A program made the position numbers and the translations under genes. Under the pieces are notes generated by a model. It did not search any database and was not told where the DNA came from. It saw only the letters and a program-made list of their open reading frames with translations. A stretch of DNA of 63,899 nt, filler included, from Octopus bimaculoides (lineage: Eukaryota), in the NCBI RefSeq assembly GCF_001194135.2. It is 6 parts of 6 records of this genome, joined end to end, with 100 filler letters (N's around TTAATTAATTAA, not from the genome) between each part and the next. Parts side by side here need not be neighbours in the genome. Positions count along the whole stretch, not along the records: positions 1 to 19,205 come from NC_069001.1; 5 more parts are not named here. One strand, given 5' to 3'. Below, one piece after another: positions 1 through 12,623 of the stretch. Each line of letters starts with the position of its first letter. Position 1 is the stretch's first letter.

Positions 1-410
1 ATGTTTGGAGTGATCACTAATGATGGCAACATTATGCCTCCATTCATCTTCCCACATGGCCTTAGATTCAACACAAAGGCCTACATCAAGTGCCTGGAGG
101 AGGTAGAGCTGCTCTGGGTCAAGAGGGAGGCTGCTGAAAGACCCTGTGTCTGGCAACATGACTCAGCACCATGCCACACATGCAGCAGAACCCAATCATG
201 GCTGTCAGACAATTTCTGCAGCCACATCACCCGCTAACATCTGGTCACCTAACTCCCCAGACTGCAACCCCCTTGATTATTATGTGTGGGTTGCAGTTGA
301 GCGAAAGTCCAACAAAACTCCTTGTAATATCAAAGATGAACTAAAGGCAGGGATTATGGCAGCATTCATCAACTTAAACAAAGAGACCTTCCAGAAGTGT
401 TGCAGGAGCA
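1..410 (+). mobile_element. Tc1/mariner-superfamily transposase relic, DD37D (maT-like), frameshifted and truncated by the window start
   Basis: The ORFs at 1..237 and 146..619 join across a 1-nt frameshift near 232 to give VWQHDSAPCH...WSPNSPDCNPLDYYVW, with 37 residues between the second and third catalytic Asp. Confidence 0.8.
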
Positions 411-1540
411 GTTTGTCTAAAGCCTTCCCACTAAAAGTTATAATCCCAACAAGATTTGAACTCAATACATCGAGCCAACAGAACACTTATCAAATTTACA
501 GTGCTCCCACTATTCTGCTTAACTTATTTACAGCTAAGAGAACTGGGCCATTAGAGCATGTTAAGTTTCTTGATCACAGGCACAACACAATGCTAGTGCA
601 AAGAGATGTAAACCACTGAACCTTCACCTTTTTGTTTTTAGTAAGGGAAACGAGGTGGAAGGAGGCAACATGATAATGGCCCTCCAAGACTGGTGACATG
701 GATATTATCAGTAGGTTAATTACAGCCAGAAATTAGAAAAAAAAAAAAGAGGGAGGGTTTCAGAAGGTGGCGGTTCTGGAGAGAAAAGATTATGAAACAA
801 AGAATGCGACAGAAAGTGGAAGAAGATGAAGAGATGAGGTAACAAGCATGTATGCTTCCATTTCATATTAGTTTTAAATGTCAAGTGTAAACATTTTTAT
901 AAGAGGGAGATGAAAGCTTCTTAATTGAAGAATGGCAAACCACTTGGAATTGTCTTTTGAATTTTGACAAACACACGCGAGAGATGGTGAGAGGTAGAAA
1001 AAAAGAGAGAGAGCATTCATTCAGAAATAGTATTGTGTAGGAAGTACTTGAAAGAATAAGTATGGCACTGGGAACTACTATTACTACTACTACTGCTACT
1101 TCCACCCTCATTATTTCTACTAACTGCTTCACTATTTCCACATACAACAACACAACAAGCATTACTGTTAATGAAGAGACCTCAACGATGCTAGAAATTG
1201 TAGCCAAATCACTCTCAAACCACACCCTACCATTTAAAAATAAAGGAAGATCATGGGTAAATGCAGACCTAGATACATTATGTCTGAAAGACAAAAAAAA
1301 CAAAAGAGAAAAACAACCAGATGGTCATGACCGGAATGTTTTTGATCAATAGCTTTTTCAATCTGAGCTGACCTTAGCTAACAATGGTGAAAAAAATATC
1401 AATGTTAATTTATTGATGCATTTGGGCAAGTCTGTCTGTATTATCAGACAATAGGAAAAAAATGTTTAAAAAAAATTCAAAACTCTGCAAAAATTCTTCA
1501 TGATTCAAAACATTGCTTACTTTTTACTGATATATATACA

Positions 1541-2093
1541 CAAGGCCTGATCAAAGACTACTAGTACTGTTGCTATGGTAATGGAGCTAAAGTAGGCAGA
1601 GTGAAGTTGTTTGGTACAAACTGACCTTGAACTTTGTTGTGCATGTACACTAAGTTATAATGTTCTCAAACAGTTCCGTTGTTTATGACAGTGCTCAATG
1701 TCTGTAGAGTGTAGGTCATCTCAAAAAGAAGATCAGGTTTCTGCTGTACAGGATCTCCTTGATTGTGTTGAGGAAGATGAAAACCTTTTGAAAACAGTCA
1801 TAACAGATGTCAAATTGTGGGTCTATAGCTATGACCCCAAAACCAAGGCAAAAAATGAAATCCTGCTTGAAAGGAACGAGATTTCAGGACATCAAGGAAA
1901 TCTAAGAGAATGCAACAAGGCAGCTGCTTGCTAATCCAAAAGAGTTCCAGGAATGCTTCGATCAATAGAAACGATGCTGGATAAAGTGTGTGATTTGAGA
2001 AGTAGACTACTTCTAAGGAGATTAAATACTGAATTGATGTGTTGTAGTTTTCTTTTTATAGCACCAGTCTCGATACTTTTTGATCAGACCTCA
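1541..2093 (+). mobile_element. Internally deleted mariner (DD34D-type) element with imperfect TIRs
   Basis: 5' end caaggcctgatcaaagactactagtactg resembles the reverse complement of the 3' end cagtctcgatactttttgatcagacctca. Internal LLKTVITDVKLWVYSYDPKTK resembles the mariner VITGDETWVYxYDPETK motif, and a decayed CFDQ-KRCWDKCV C-terminus is present. Confidence 0.75.
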
Positions 2094-2565
2094 CACATAC
2101 ACACAGAGAAGAGAAGTGAGAGAGAAGACTCATGAGTGTGCACAAACTAGTAAGTGCTCAGAGATTTGTGAGTGTGTTGTCATATATCACCAAAACCAGC
2201 TGGATAGAGAAAAAACTGTTATCTTTCCAGATATAGCCATCACATTTTCCTTGTAAACACTGTGCATTGAAGGCTATATTATCTGGTGAATTTTCTTTTT
2301 TCTAAGAGGGTAGAGTAAGATTTGAGGGAGATTCGACTGCTATTTCTCTGTATTGAGTGACAGTCATTCTCTCCCTCGTTGACTCCAATGTGCACATAAC
2401 TTAGAGTGTGTGTGTGTGTGTGTGTGAGTGAAAGTAACAAATAACTTTTGTGACAAAGACATGCTGTAACAGAGCCAAATGGAAACACAACAACAACAAC
2501 AACAGCATCAGCAACAACACAGACAAATAACAGAAAGGGTAAAACAGGAAGTGGAGAGACAATAC

Positions 2566-2754
2566 CATTGGAAGCCTGAAGCTCTTCCTCGGTGGATTCC
2601 TCAGGGTCTTCCGAGGGTTCCAAGTTCTCAACATCTGAACCACTTTTTTGTGATTGTGGCTGATCTAAAGTTATTTCAGTGATGGTCATGGCAAAGTCTA
2701 GACGCGGTCTTGGTGCTGGTGCATCAACGGCAATTCGGGTAGAAATCAGTGAAA
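2566..2754 (-). CDS. RABEPK: RABEPK coding exon 2 (last kelch repeat start plus acidic linker)
   Basis: Acceptor tttatctctatag|tt is phase 1, matching the upstream donor. Spliced reading YQVDTVSLISTRIAVDAPAPRPRLDFAM parallels the RABEPK ...PPGRLDHSM segment as I recall it. The 3' boundary aatg|gtattg is tentative. Confidence 0.7.
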
Positions 2755-2779
2755 CTATAGAGATAAAACACAATAAATT

Positions 2780-3700
2780 GGAAGGTGGTATAGGTGTTGT
2801 AGAAGGTGGTAGTAGTAGTGGTGTGATAATGTGAGCAGTGGTGGTGGTGGCAGTGGTAGTAGTAGTGGTGGTAGCGGTAGTAGTAATAATAATAGTAGTG
2901 ATGGTGGTGGTGGTAGTAGTAGTGGTGGTGTGATGATGTGAGCAGTGGTTGTGGTGGTAGTAGTAGTAGTGGTGTGATGATGTGAGCAGTGATTGTGGTG
3001 GTAGTAGTAGTAGTAGCAGCAGTAGTAGTGGTAGTAGTGGTGTAAGTAGTAGTAGTAGTAGTGGTGTAAGTAGTAGTAGTAGTAATGTTGTGATGGTTAT
3101 GGTGGTGTAAATAGTGGTTGTGGTTGTGGGGATAGTAGTTGTAATAGTCCTTTCTATTATTGGCACAAGGCCTGAAGTTTTTTGCAACGAGGGAGACTAG
3201 TCGATTACATAGACCCCAGAATTTCACTGGTACTTAATTTATCGACCCCGAAAGGATGAAAGGCAAAGTTGACCTCGGTGGAATTTGAACTCAAAATGTA
3301 GCGACAGGCGAAATACCACTAAGCATATCACCTGGCGTGCTAATGATTCTGCCAGCTTGTCACCTTTAGTAGTAGTAATAGTGGTGTGGTGGTAGTGATA
3401 GTAGTGCAGGTAGTGGATGTAGTGGTGGCAGTAGTGATTGTAGTGGCATAGACAGAAGTTGTGGTGGTAGTAGTTGTAGTATGGTAGTGTTGGCAGTTGT
3501 CATGGTGGTGTAAGTAGGGGTTGTAGTAGCAGTGATGTGGTGGTATAGGTATGGTTACAGTGGTGTTAAATGTAGTTGTAACAGTAGTTAGTGGTGGTGG
3601 TTTATAGTAGTGTAGATAATGGTTGTGGTGTTGGTAGATAATATGGTAGTGTCAGTAGTGGTTATGATGGTGTAAGTAGAGAAGGAGATGTTATGGTGGT
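2780..3700. repeat. Compound (GTA/GTG)n low-complexity tracts in the RABEPK intron
   Basis: Runs of gtagta and gtggtg interrupted by a SINE. These create the spurious poly-Thr/His/Tyr ORFs. Confidence 0.9.
3161..3366 (-). mobile_element. tRNA-derived SINE with Deu/Nin-domain-like core
   Basis: Reverse strand shows a B-box gagttcaaattcc followed by gcctttcatcctttcggggtcgataaattaagtaccag. The same family recurs more than 10 times in the window. Confidence 0.85.
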
Positions 3701-3737
3701 TGTGATGGAAATAATGTAGAGATGGGCAATCACTCAC

Positions 3738-4569
3738 CTGTGTCCACTTGGTAAAAATCATTGAGTGCACCATCTACAGACATTCCTCCAAAGATGTAGA
3801 TGTTATCACCATTGGCAACAGCACCGTGAGCAGCACGAGCAGAAGGATGTTGACCTGATACCTCCAGCTGTTGCCATGACTCCGTCTCCAGATCCAAAAC
3901 ATGGAAGTCATCAAAGAACTTGTCCTCACACAGTCCTCCATGGATGTAGACTTTCTTGTCAATACTAACTGAGACATGTCCAAGACGAGGTTTTGGTGCT
4001 GGTCCCTTGATATCCAGTGTGAACCAGGTGGATGTGGACACACTGAAGGAGTGCACCTTAGCATCTAGCACTGGGCTTGTGCCTTGTGCTCCACCACCAA
4101 AGATGACAAACTGGTCATCAACAGAGGTGGTAGAGTGGTGGGTCCTGGGAACTGGTATGTCCCCTTTGGGGGTTAGCGTCAGCCATTTGTTGGCATCGGT
4201 ATCCAAGTATTGGATGTCATTGAGAGTGTCAGTTTGGTTTGCTCCACCAAAGATATAGATAGAGCTGGAATTATTCCGAGTGGAAAACAGTGACTGTTCA
4301 TAGCGGGGCATGAATCCGGTGAACTCTTTGTAACCCCATTGCCAAGAGTTCAAGTCTAGAATTGGATTATCAGAGAATGTGTTATCTGGATTGGCACCAC
4401 CGATTAGATAAAGCTGTCCATTGTTATTAGGTGCCTCTGTGTTGCTTGGTTTCACTACACAAGCGCTATGTCCTACCCTACATTTTGGTGCATCTCCACT
4501 AGTTTCAAGCAAGTACCACACAAAAGCAACAGGCTTACTATTAGCATTGAAATAAGGCAGAATCTCCAT
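3738..4569 (-). CDS. RABEPK: Rab9 effector protein with kelch motifs (p40), main coding exon
   Basis: Kelch repeats: RVGHSACV, LYLIGGANPD, PRYEQS, IYIFGGANQ, PRTHHS, VIFGGGAQG, PRLGHV, YIHGGL...FFDDFH, RAAHGAV, YIFGGM. Collinear with RABEPK from the N-terminus (MEILP..WYLL). Ends at the donor cag|gtgagt (phase 1). Confidence 0.93.
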
Positions 4570-4695
4570 GCCTCAAAAAGCAGCATATATATAAATGTAT
4601 ATCTATGTAACCCATCCAAAAGTCATTAATCAACTTGTCGTCCTCAATTTTGTCCCTATCATATTTCCCCCACCCATCTTATTCTTGCTCAATAC

Positions 4696-5049
4696 CTTAA
4701 AGTAAAGCTTGACAAAGTAGAAGGCGTTCTCTGGCTGTCATGAGCTTTAGAGTATTGTGCATGTTTTCGAAGCTATTTTATCTTGTCTGGTAACAATGTT
4801 TCGATCGGTTGTGACACATCCTTTTTTGCCACCACTCCACTGTTGCCATAGTGATCCACCTGAATGAAGTTGGATGTTGACGGGAATGGTTTGTTTGAAA
4901 ACTGGGAATAATTTGACCTCTTCTTCTTCTGGATTTGCTGGAAAATTAGCAACGCCGTGTCTTCATAGCGTTGGTGTATATGGAATGTAGACTCCAAGTA
5001 TGGCACCGGTGGTTTATTCATTTAGTTGCAGGATGACAGATCACTAAAC
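4696..5049 (-). other. Probable RABEPK 5' UTR exon containing an 82-codon uORF (5021-4773)
   Basis: Strong acceptor ttttttttttgtcttttgtag|g at 5049, donor ttaag|gtattg at 4696, and a second acceptor tttttgag|gcATG 2 nt before the RABEPK start. All three frames hit a stop before 5018. Confidence 0.5.
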
Positions 5050-5124
5050 CTACAAAAGACAAAAAAAAAAATAATAAAAATAAAAGGAAAAAAAATCAAT
5101 ACACTTACTCTCTTTTACTTGTTG

Positions 5125-5171
<47 letters not shown>

Positions 5172-5199
5172 ACACACACGATGGGCTTCTTTCAGTTTC

Positions 5200-5500
5200 C
5201 ATCTACCAAATCCACTCGCAAATTGTGCTGGTATGGTCTGTGATGTATATGAAGTGCCAATCTCTAAATGTGCCCTTTATGTTCATGCCCCCACAAACCT
5301 GTCCCTGACAAACCTCTCCCATGCATTCCACACACCCCTCCTCCACCTGTGTTCATCATTCACTGTATTTCCTTCCCCTCTATCTCCCACTCTTCCTCAT
5401 TAACCTACCTGCACACAATGTGTCCCTGTCAACTCTCCACCCAACAAAATATCTTCTTAAACCCTCCCTCTACCTATTTCCACTCACTACATTCGCTTCC
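5200..5500 (+). mobile_element. Very decayed Penelope-like GIY-YIG-region relic (tentative)
   Basis: VYEVPISKCALYV loosely resembles the VIYCIxCSKCxLYIG pattern; C/T-rich. Confidence 0.3.
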
Positions 5501-5779
5501 ATCTCCCACTCTCCTTTCNNNNNNNNNNNNNNNNNNNNNNNNNNNNNNNNNNNNNNNNNNNNNNNNNNNNNNNNNNNNNNNNNNNNNNNNNNNNNNNNNN
5601 AAACCCTGATCTACTTCACTATATACACTTCCTCGTAACTTGGGCATACACCCTGTCACATCTTCATAGTCTTATCTCACTCCAACTTAAGTAGCCATGT
5701 ATCTCAACTGTTTCTCTCCCTCTGTTCGTACTTTAACTTCTCATCAACTGGCACAAAACCACCTTCCCCAGAACAAACT

Positions 5780-6310
5780 GAGGGGCTCCTGTCTTGCACA
5801 TTACTTGGTGACCTAGGTGATGTTGGTGTTTTATAAAAAGCATTCAGTACATTCTGTCAAGTGATTGGCGTCAGGAAGGGCATCCAGCCAAAGAAACCAT
5901 GCCAAAGCAGACAATAAAGCTTGGTGCAGTCTCCAGACTTGCCAAATTGTCTGACTCATGTCAGTATGGACGGAGAAGGTTAAACAATAAATTATATCGT
6001 GTGTGTGTGTGTGTGTGCATACACTTGTCTTAACATCACATGATGGTTGTAAATGAGCATCACCATCACACAAGTGTTGTTGTTCATTTCCAGTCTTCCA
6101 TGGAAAACATGCTGATCCATGCTGGTATGGGTTAGATGGGTTGACAGGATCTAGTGAGCCACAGGGCTGCGCTGAGCTCCTGTGTCAGCTTTGGCATGGT
6201 TTCTGCAACTGGATACCCTTCCTCATGCCAACCATATTACAGTCTGTACTAGATACTTTTTCATGTCACCAGCACCAGTGAGATTGCCAAGTAACTGGCA
6301 AGACAGAAAG
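5780..6310. mobile_element. Two SINE-like repeat copies in opposite orientation (5780-5990 plus, 6100-6310 minus)
   Basis: Both carry the ttggcgtcaggaagggcatccagc..gaaaccatgccaaag motif, one on each strand; the motif is also seen at 14016. Confidence 0.65.
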
Positions 6311-6439
6311 AGAAGAGGGAGAAAGGAAAAAGCTCCTGTTACAAAGTGGCAGGCAGGAAGATAGCTTTATACCAAGTGTTGAAAGACTAAAGACTGATAG
6401 AGGGACAAGCATAGGTGTTTTGCGGTACAGGGAATACCT

Positions 6440-6830
6440 GGCTTACCCACATTATATAGGAGTGGGTGGGAGTAACTGGAAAGGAGATAAGGATGGTAGT
6501 GATAGAGTTACAAAGGAAATTCTCACGGTAGAGGAAGGTGAGCATAAGAGACGATACAGATAGTGGGTCAGGGGAAGGGAGTAACAGATGGTTAGAAAAT
6601 GTGGGTAGAGGAGGTACAGTTGATAGGAAATATCAGCATGGAGGGGGCGTAAGATGAAAGGTAGATGTGGCACAGGAGGGATTGATCAGACTGTAACGGG
6701 CTGATGAACAAGGTATGGGAGAGGTGAGGAGGGGGAGATGAAGTAATACATAAGGAAGGCTGTAGTGAGTAGGTAGGTGGGGGTTATGGCATATATGGAA
6801 GGGTACTTGAGAGTAAAAGCAGATACATGA
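6440..6830 (-). mobile_element. Very decayed Penelope-like RT-thumb/linker relic (tentative)
   Basis: LQSDQSLLCHIY and NFLCNS loosely resemble Penelope LQSDPSTxHIF and TFPCN segments. Confidence 0.3.
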
Positions 6831-6902
6831 GGTATTTGAATGAAATATGGCATGTATGTATGTAATCATTTTAATTACTGTAATAATAATAATGATTTCA
6901 AA

Positions 6903-7190
6903 TTTTGGCACAAGGCCAGTAATTTCAGGGGAGGGAGTAAATCGATTACATGGACCTTAGAGTTCGACTGGTACTTATTTTATCGACCCCAAAAGGATGA
7001 AAAGCCAAAAATGGTTTCAAATATTGGTACAAGGAGAGCTATTTTGAGGAGAGAGCGTTAAGTCAATTACATCGACCGCAGTACTTGGACTGATACTTTA
7101 CTTCATCTCTCCAAGGACTCAATAGTGGGCACCCTTGGAGGGATGAAAAGCAAAGCAGATCTAGGCGAAATCTGAACTCAGAATTCCGAG
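6903..7190 (-). mobile_element. Two partial Deu/Nin-like SINE copies
   Basis: ggcacaaggcc...actggtacttattttatcgaccccaaaaggatgaaa, followed by a second decayed copy. Confidence 0.75.
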
Positions 7191-9280
7191 ATCAGTATTG
7201 ACTTTCATCCCTCATGTAGCAACAAATCACATTAATAACGACTATGTTGAATATGGGAAAGTTTTGCGTTCACGAAAAAGCCACCGCGAATAACAAGCCC
7301 CCTGCTATTGATGTTAAGCCCCATCTAGTAACCCTATCATTCAGACATTCCCGCCGTTTTCAAACAGTTATATCTAATGCGCCCCCTTTTTTTCTTCTTT
7401 TACATGGATTTGAGAGATTTTGGTTGCTATTTCCCAATAGTTGTCGTTGTTCGTTCATTTTTTCTTGATTTAAGGGAAATTTTGCTCCTTCTTTCAAGTA
7501 GTTCGATCGAACATGTAGAGGTCTTCCTCTGCTGGCTTAAACACCTCTAAAGAACAATTAAGGCGAAAGTAGCAAGGTTACTGCAGTGTTTATGCGACAA
7601 TAGAACAACAAACACAGCTACCAAATAAGCCATCAATATCGATGAAGCAAACAGCTTCCTGTGAGCACAAGCACCTAATTAATACAGGTGGCTGTCGTCG
7701 TTTAGCACAGATCAACACTGATCGAAAGGCTCGATCAAAGACATGCTAACCACGACCATCCCGTTTCTTTTCTTTTTCCTTTGTGCCAATTTAGCAGTGT
7801 TTATAGGACTACATTATCCAATGTGGCCTTAGACTTTTTTTTTGTGCCTTAAATTGCAAGGCAGGAATTGATAGAGATATGACTATTCCTAGCGCTCGAG
7901 CTAACAAATTTAGACATTGAAAAGTTAAAGAAATATAACAGAATAGTTTCTAACACAAGAGCTGAAGAGAGATTGAAATAAAACATAGAAATAACCTAAG
8001 AAATGATTGTTTTCGTTTAGTATATAAGAAACTGGTTCACAGTCAATGGAAGAGCTGATTATTAATTAAGCCTACGAAATTCTTGGTTAGTTAATCATTA
8101 TCCTTAGCACCTAGCTTTAACCCTTACAACACGAAACCACCAAAATTTACCTCTCAGTTTACCTACATGAAACAGAAACTGATCCCAATGATTTGAGCAC
8201 TAAGTCACACCCCCAAAGAAACCCAAATAAGTTGGTAAAATAAGTACCAGGTTGAAAGGACTATGGTCTATATGATCGACTAAATTGGGTTTAACCTTCA
8301 GTTTATTCACAAGAAACTGACCTTCGATATAGATATAGCCATTGAAATTTATAGAATTCAATTTTGGTTAAATCGTTATAAACCAAGGCAACCTATTATA
8401 GTCCAAGAGTTTAAAATAACAAAATTGTTTGAAAAAAAAAAGATTTCTAAACAAACTGAATATTAAAATGAAAATAAGAGATAAATAAATACAGAAAAGA
8501 GCAAATAAAACTAGTTTAAAACATGCTAAAATCGATGTATATTAAATGTAATGCATTTAATAATTTTCGTGTTTTAAATTGATTTTACCAAAGAAAAGCT
8601 ATAACTTTGTGGGAGACAAAAGAAACAGTTCACGATTTATCATAGATGAATGAACATAAATGAAATTATCAAGGTCTGATAGTCAATATACCTTTATATG
8701 TTTATGTATGTAGTAGAAGAGTGGAATCCGAGGAAAGGAAATTACTGATGTGTATAATTCTAACCATTTGCGCACCATGAATTTCATGAGTGAAGAAGTT
8801 GCCCAAAATTTGGGTTACGGATGTTTTTAAAATAATGAATTTCTACCTTACCTTATAATTATGCGAACGGTGGTCTTTTAATTGGGATTGCCAGGTGATC
8901 TCGTTATTAGTGTAGCAAGATGATGGTTCCGATTATATATACTGAAGCTTCAACCAAGGAAAGTACTGGCTGATGGTCGCACTAAGATCACAGCGAAGAA
9001 AAGGTTTGAACAAGAAATGAAAAAGAACGAAGGCAGGACGCCTTTAACTAGAAATCCAAAAATCCGTTAGTTTTGATGTGTATATAGTTGCCAGGAGACT
9101 GAGTATTAGTGTACTTTGGTAAACAATAGACGGGACTGAAAACATGTAAAAACAAAGAGTGTATATAAGGGAGTGGATTAAGACCTAAATAAAAATGTTA
9201 TTTATTGAAATAACCGACCAAGCCCATGGGTGGGTATCAATGAAGAAGATAGCCAATCAACTAAACTAATTAACGCTATG

Positions 9281-9485
9281 TTACACCAATTCTTGCAGGG
9301 TAAGCGACGTTCCGTAAAGTACTTTGTTGTTATGAGATGGTGATGGAGTCAGTGGTGGAAGCGATGGCGATGTTAAGTATCTGTTGTTGATACTCTCTTC
9401 CTTCGTTCCGTGACAAAACAACTTGTGCTGCCGAACTGTGTTGTTGCGTTTTACACACTTCCGGCATGAAATTAGTGACAGCAGC
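9281..9485 (-). other. Candidate coding exon of an unidentified gene
   Basis: Strong acceptor cctcctttcttttccattccag|g. Non-repetitive open frames (RLLSLISCRKCVKR...LQELV* or AAVTNFMPEV...*). AATAAA on the minus strand at 9206-9201. Confidence 0.4.
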
Positions 9486-10639
9486 CTGGAATGGAAAAGA
9501 AAGGAGGAGGAGGAGGAGGAGCACTTGTAACGGGGGTAGTAGCAACTGGTTTGTTTGCCTCTCATATGAAGATGAGTCAGTAGTAGACGCACATACATAG
9601 CAGCGTGCGTGTGCGCGCACACACACACACACACACATATATAATGCATATGCTTGCTTATTAGTATATGAGCGTGAAAGTATATCTGTGCCCATAGCTT
9701 ACTTTGTGTGTGCACGCATGCATATGTGTACAAATGAATGTATGTCTAAAAAACACGCACATGCATACATGTGCACGCATGCACACACAGAGACTCAGTT
9801 ATGGGCACAGACATACATTCACACTCATATACTAACAAGCAAGCACACGCATTAATTTCAGTGATGAAAATAAACACATACATGTAGGTGGTTAGTACGT
9901 TTTACCTAAATATGCACGTGATTTATAAAAATTGAAGTATAAATCCACAAAACGGCAGTGGAAAATATACACTGACTTGAAGCGATTTAAGTAACGTAAT
10001 CAGTACTTATTTTATCAACCTATGAGAATATGAGACACATCGCCGACGTTTGAACTCAGAAAGTTGAGATATTAAAATTATTACTACAAGGAATTTTAAT
10101 TTTTTTTTGTTGTTTTCTAGCCCTTTCCATCATATCATTCAAAGAACGCAAATATAATTAGAAACATTTATTGATAGATATATAGATTGACAGATCGATA
10201 ATAAACAAATACACATAAGTAGCTATTTGGAAATTGATAGATGAGTAGACAGAGATATGTAGATAACATAAATTGATCGATAGGTTGTGATATAAATCTG
10301 GGAAGATACATGCATATATAAACAGGATTATATATACGTGTATGATATAATACACATGAATTCAACAGATTTACAAAAGGGCTCAATGAATAATTATGGG
10401 GAATTATAAATGATAATTCAAGTCGGCAACAGCTATCTCAAACCAAGAATAAAATAGTAAGGAAATTTTGATACTCCACATTTAAACAAAATATGATAGT
10501 ACTACTTCATAGCCTTATATTTCTCTCCTGTAACTGAATTTAGTTTCTATGCTACTCCACTTCATCAAGAAAGTTGAAGAGTAGGGATCATATACAACTT
10601 TGACAGGGCCAGACAATTATATGTGTGTGGTGGGGAGTG

Positions 10640-10985
10640 TTTCTCTTACACTCCTAGTCGTTACTCTAGCCTCCAACATCCACAATACTAAGACTATACA
10701 CTTCATCTCTTCAATTCCCCTTCTCCCAACCTCTCTTACCTTTTGTCACTATGGTCATCATCTCATATACTGCCATCCATCACAGAGAAAACCTCCAGAT
10801 TCTCCAGCACTTCCTTAACCTCAGTCCATCCTCTATACCAATACCTCTATTTTCTTCCCTTTATCTGAATCCCTTCTTGCTTTTATAAATTCTCCTTTAT
10901 GAGTAAGATCTAACAACATCCACTGGGGTGGCCATGGGCACAAGAATGGGTCCCAACTATGCCAACCTATTTGTTAGTTGCATTG
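10640..10985 (+). mobile_element. Penelope-like element reverse transcriptase fragment
   Basis: GVAMGTRMGPNYANLF at 10925, preceded by FVTMV..SYTAIHH and LQHFL, the typical order of PLE RT motifs; contains stops. Confidence 0.75.
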
Positions 10986-11204
10986 TCCCATCTTTGACCC
11001 ACGTCTCCATTACACCTTACTTATTCATTCATTCTTCCTTATCTTCAATCTCTTCTATCTTACCTCACTTCTTGACTATATATACTGGACATGTTGCTTA
11101 ACATACTGAATTCTCGAGGATGCCCTAATGAAAACTATCAAGAAATGCAAGCTTGTCTTCTCAGAAGAACATTCTCTTAATAATAATAATAATAATAATC
11201 CCTT

Positions 11205-11405
11205 CTACAAGGCCTGAAATTTGATGGAGGAGGATAGTTGATTACATTGACTCCAGTGTTTCACTGGTACTTAATTTATTGACCCTGAAAGGATGAAAGG
11301 CAAAGTTGACCTCAGTGGATTTTTGAACTGAGAACATGTAGACAGACAAAATACTGCTAAGCATTTCAGCTGGTGTGCTAATGATTCTGCCAGCTCGCCA
11401 CCTTA
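11205..11405 (-). mobile_element. Deu/Nin-like tRNA SINE
   Basis: Same family as 3161-3366. Confidence 0.85.
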
Positions 11406-11609
11406 ATGATAATGATGATGATGTGGAGGATTTCTTTTATTGGCCACAAGAGCCCAAGACATGGATGACAATATCAGAGGATGAGTTAAAACACACAAAA
11501 CAAAACAAAAACAAAAATAAAAAAACAAAAACAAGTGAGGTTTACATCGCTCAAAGGGAGATACTACATTATTAAAGGATATAACAGAGGATATATGATG
11601 GAATTAGAG

Positions 11610-12330
11610 AAATAAATAATAAATAAATAAATAAATAATGAGAATCCCCAATAGCATGGGCAGTCCACTTAAGGTAATCTGGGGTAAACCCCACACAAAA
11701 ATCCTGGATTACTCTACCATCCCCAAGACATGGGAAAGTGCCCTCTTCCAGTTTCTTTCCTTCTGCTTAGAAAAGAATACTCAGAGTCAATCTATTCAGT
11801 CTCACCAATCTTGCCACTGTCTACCACCTTTTGATAAACACACTAGAAGGCAGCACCTCCTTCTCTACCCTCACCTTCCTCTTCGAATGATATCTGAAGA
11901 AATTGACGAGGGCTTGGCCAGATAGAAAAAGTGCCTGTCTTTAAACTTTTCAGATGGGTCCACCACACAGACTCTTTTGCCACATTCCTTCTCTGCTAAG
12001 GGAAGGTGGTGCGTCAGTCTTCACTATACAATCAGCAGACAGCTGAATTTGTCTTACACGTGACAACAGCAGCTCCACACAATCCCACACCTCTCTAATG
12101 CATGGAAACTGAATTATTGCATGCAGGACGGTTTCATCCCCTTGCAAACATCTTGGGCAGGTTCAGCTGTCGGCTCTTCTATGCCTGAAGAGATTGTCAT
12201 GAACAGGCAATGCACCCTTGTAGCACTTCCATACCAAAGACTTTTGGAAATTGTCCATGATCTCTGTACATGTTAACATATTTGCAGTAAAACATCCCCA
12301 GACCCTCTGGCTGGTGGGGAGAGGAGACTT
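11610..12330 (-). mobile_element. 3' fragment of an L1/Tx1-clade LINE
   Basis: WKCYKGALPVHDNL...TCPRCLQGDETVLHAIIQFPCIREVW is a zf-RVT-like CCHC region, followed by LVNFFRYH.KRKVRVE and a (TTTA)n tail. Confidence 0.7.
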
Positions 12331-12373
12331 GCTCTCCTTTAATACCCAGCCTATATGTTACAACTCCTTAGGC

Positions 12374-12623
12374 CTGTGTTTCTCAACCATTTTTTACTTA
12401 GGGACCCCTTTGATTCCTATGTTACTCAGATGGTCCCTCCTAGTCATTTGATGTCTAAAAATCCCATTACATTTTTATAATTAAATATTATTAAGTGTAT
12501 AAAAAAATTGTTAAAATATTTTGTGCATTGTAGAAGTATAAGCAATTTATTGCACATAAATTTTAATAACAAAATGTTATATGGGCCCTGACAGGCCATA
12601 TGGACCCTGGTTGAGAACCACTG
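12374..12623. mobile_element. hAT (Charlie-like) MITE
   Basis: TIRs ctgtgtttctcaacc / ggttgagaaccactg; 8-bp flanks ccttaggc and ctttagac (6/8 match). Confidence 0.8.

Noticed and set aside
2279-2565. Read-through of RABEPK exon 2 to YVHIGVNEGENDC, faintly like the FGGMNTEGEIYDDC terminus
   Set aside because: Passes through (GTT)n and (CA)n microsatellites; similarity too weak.
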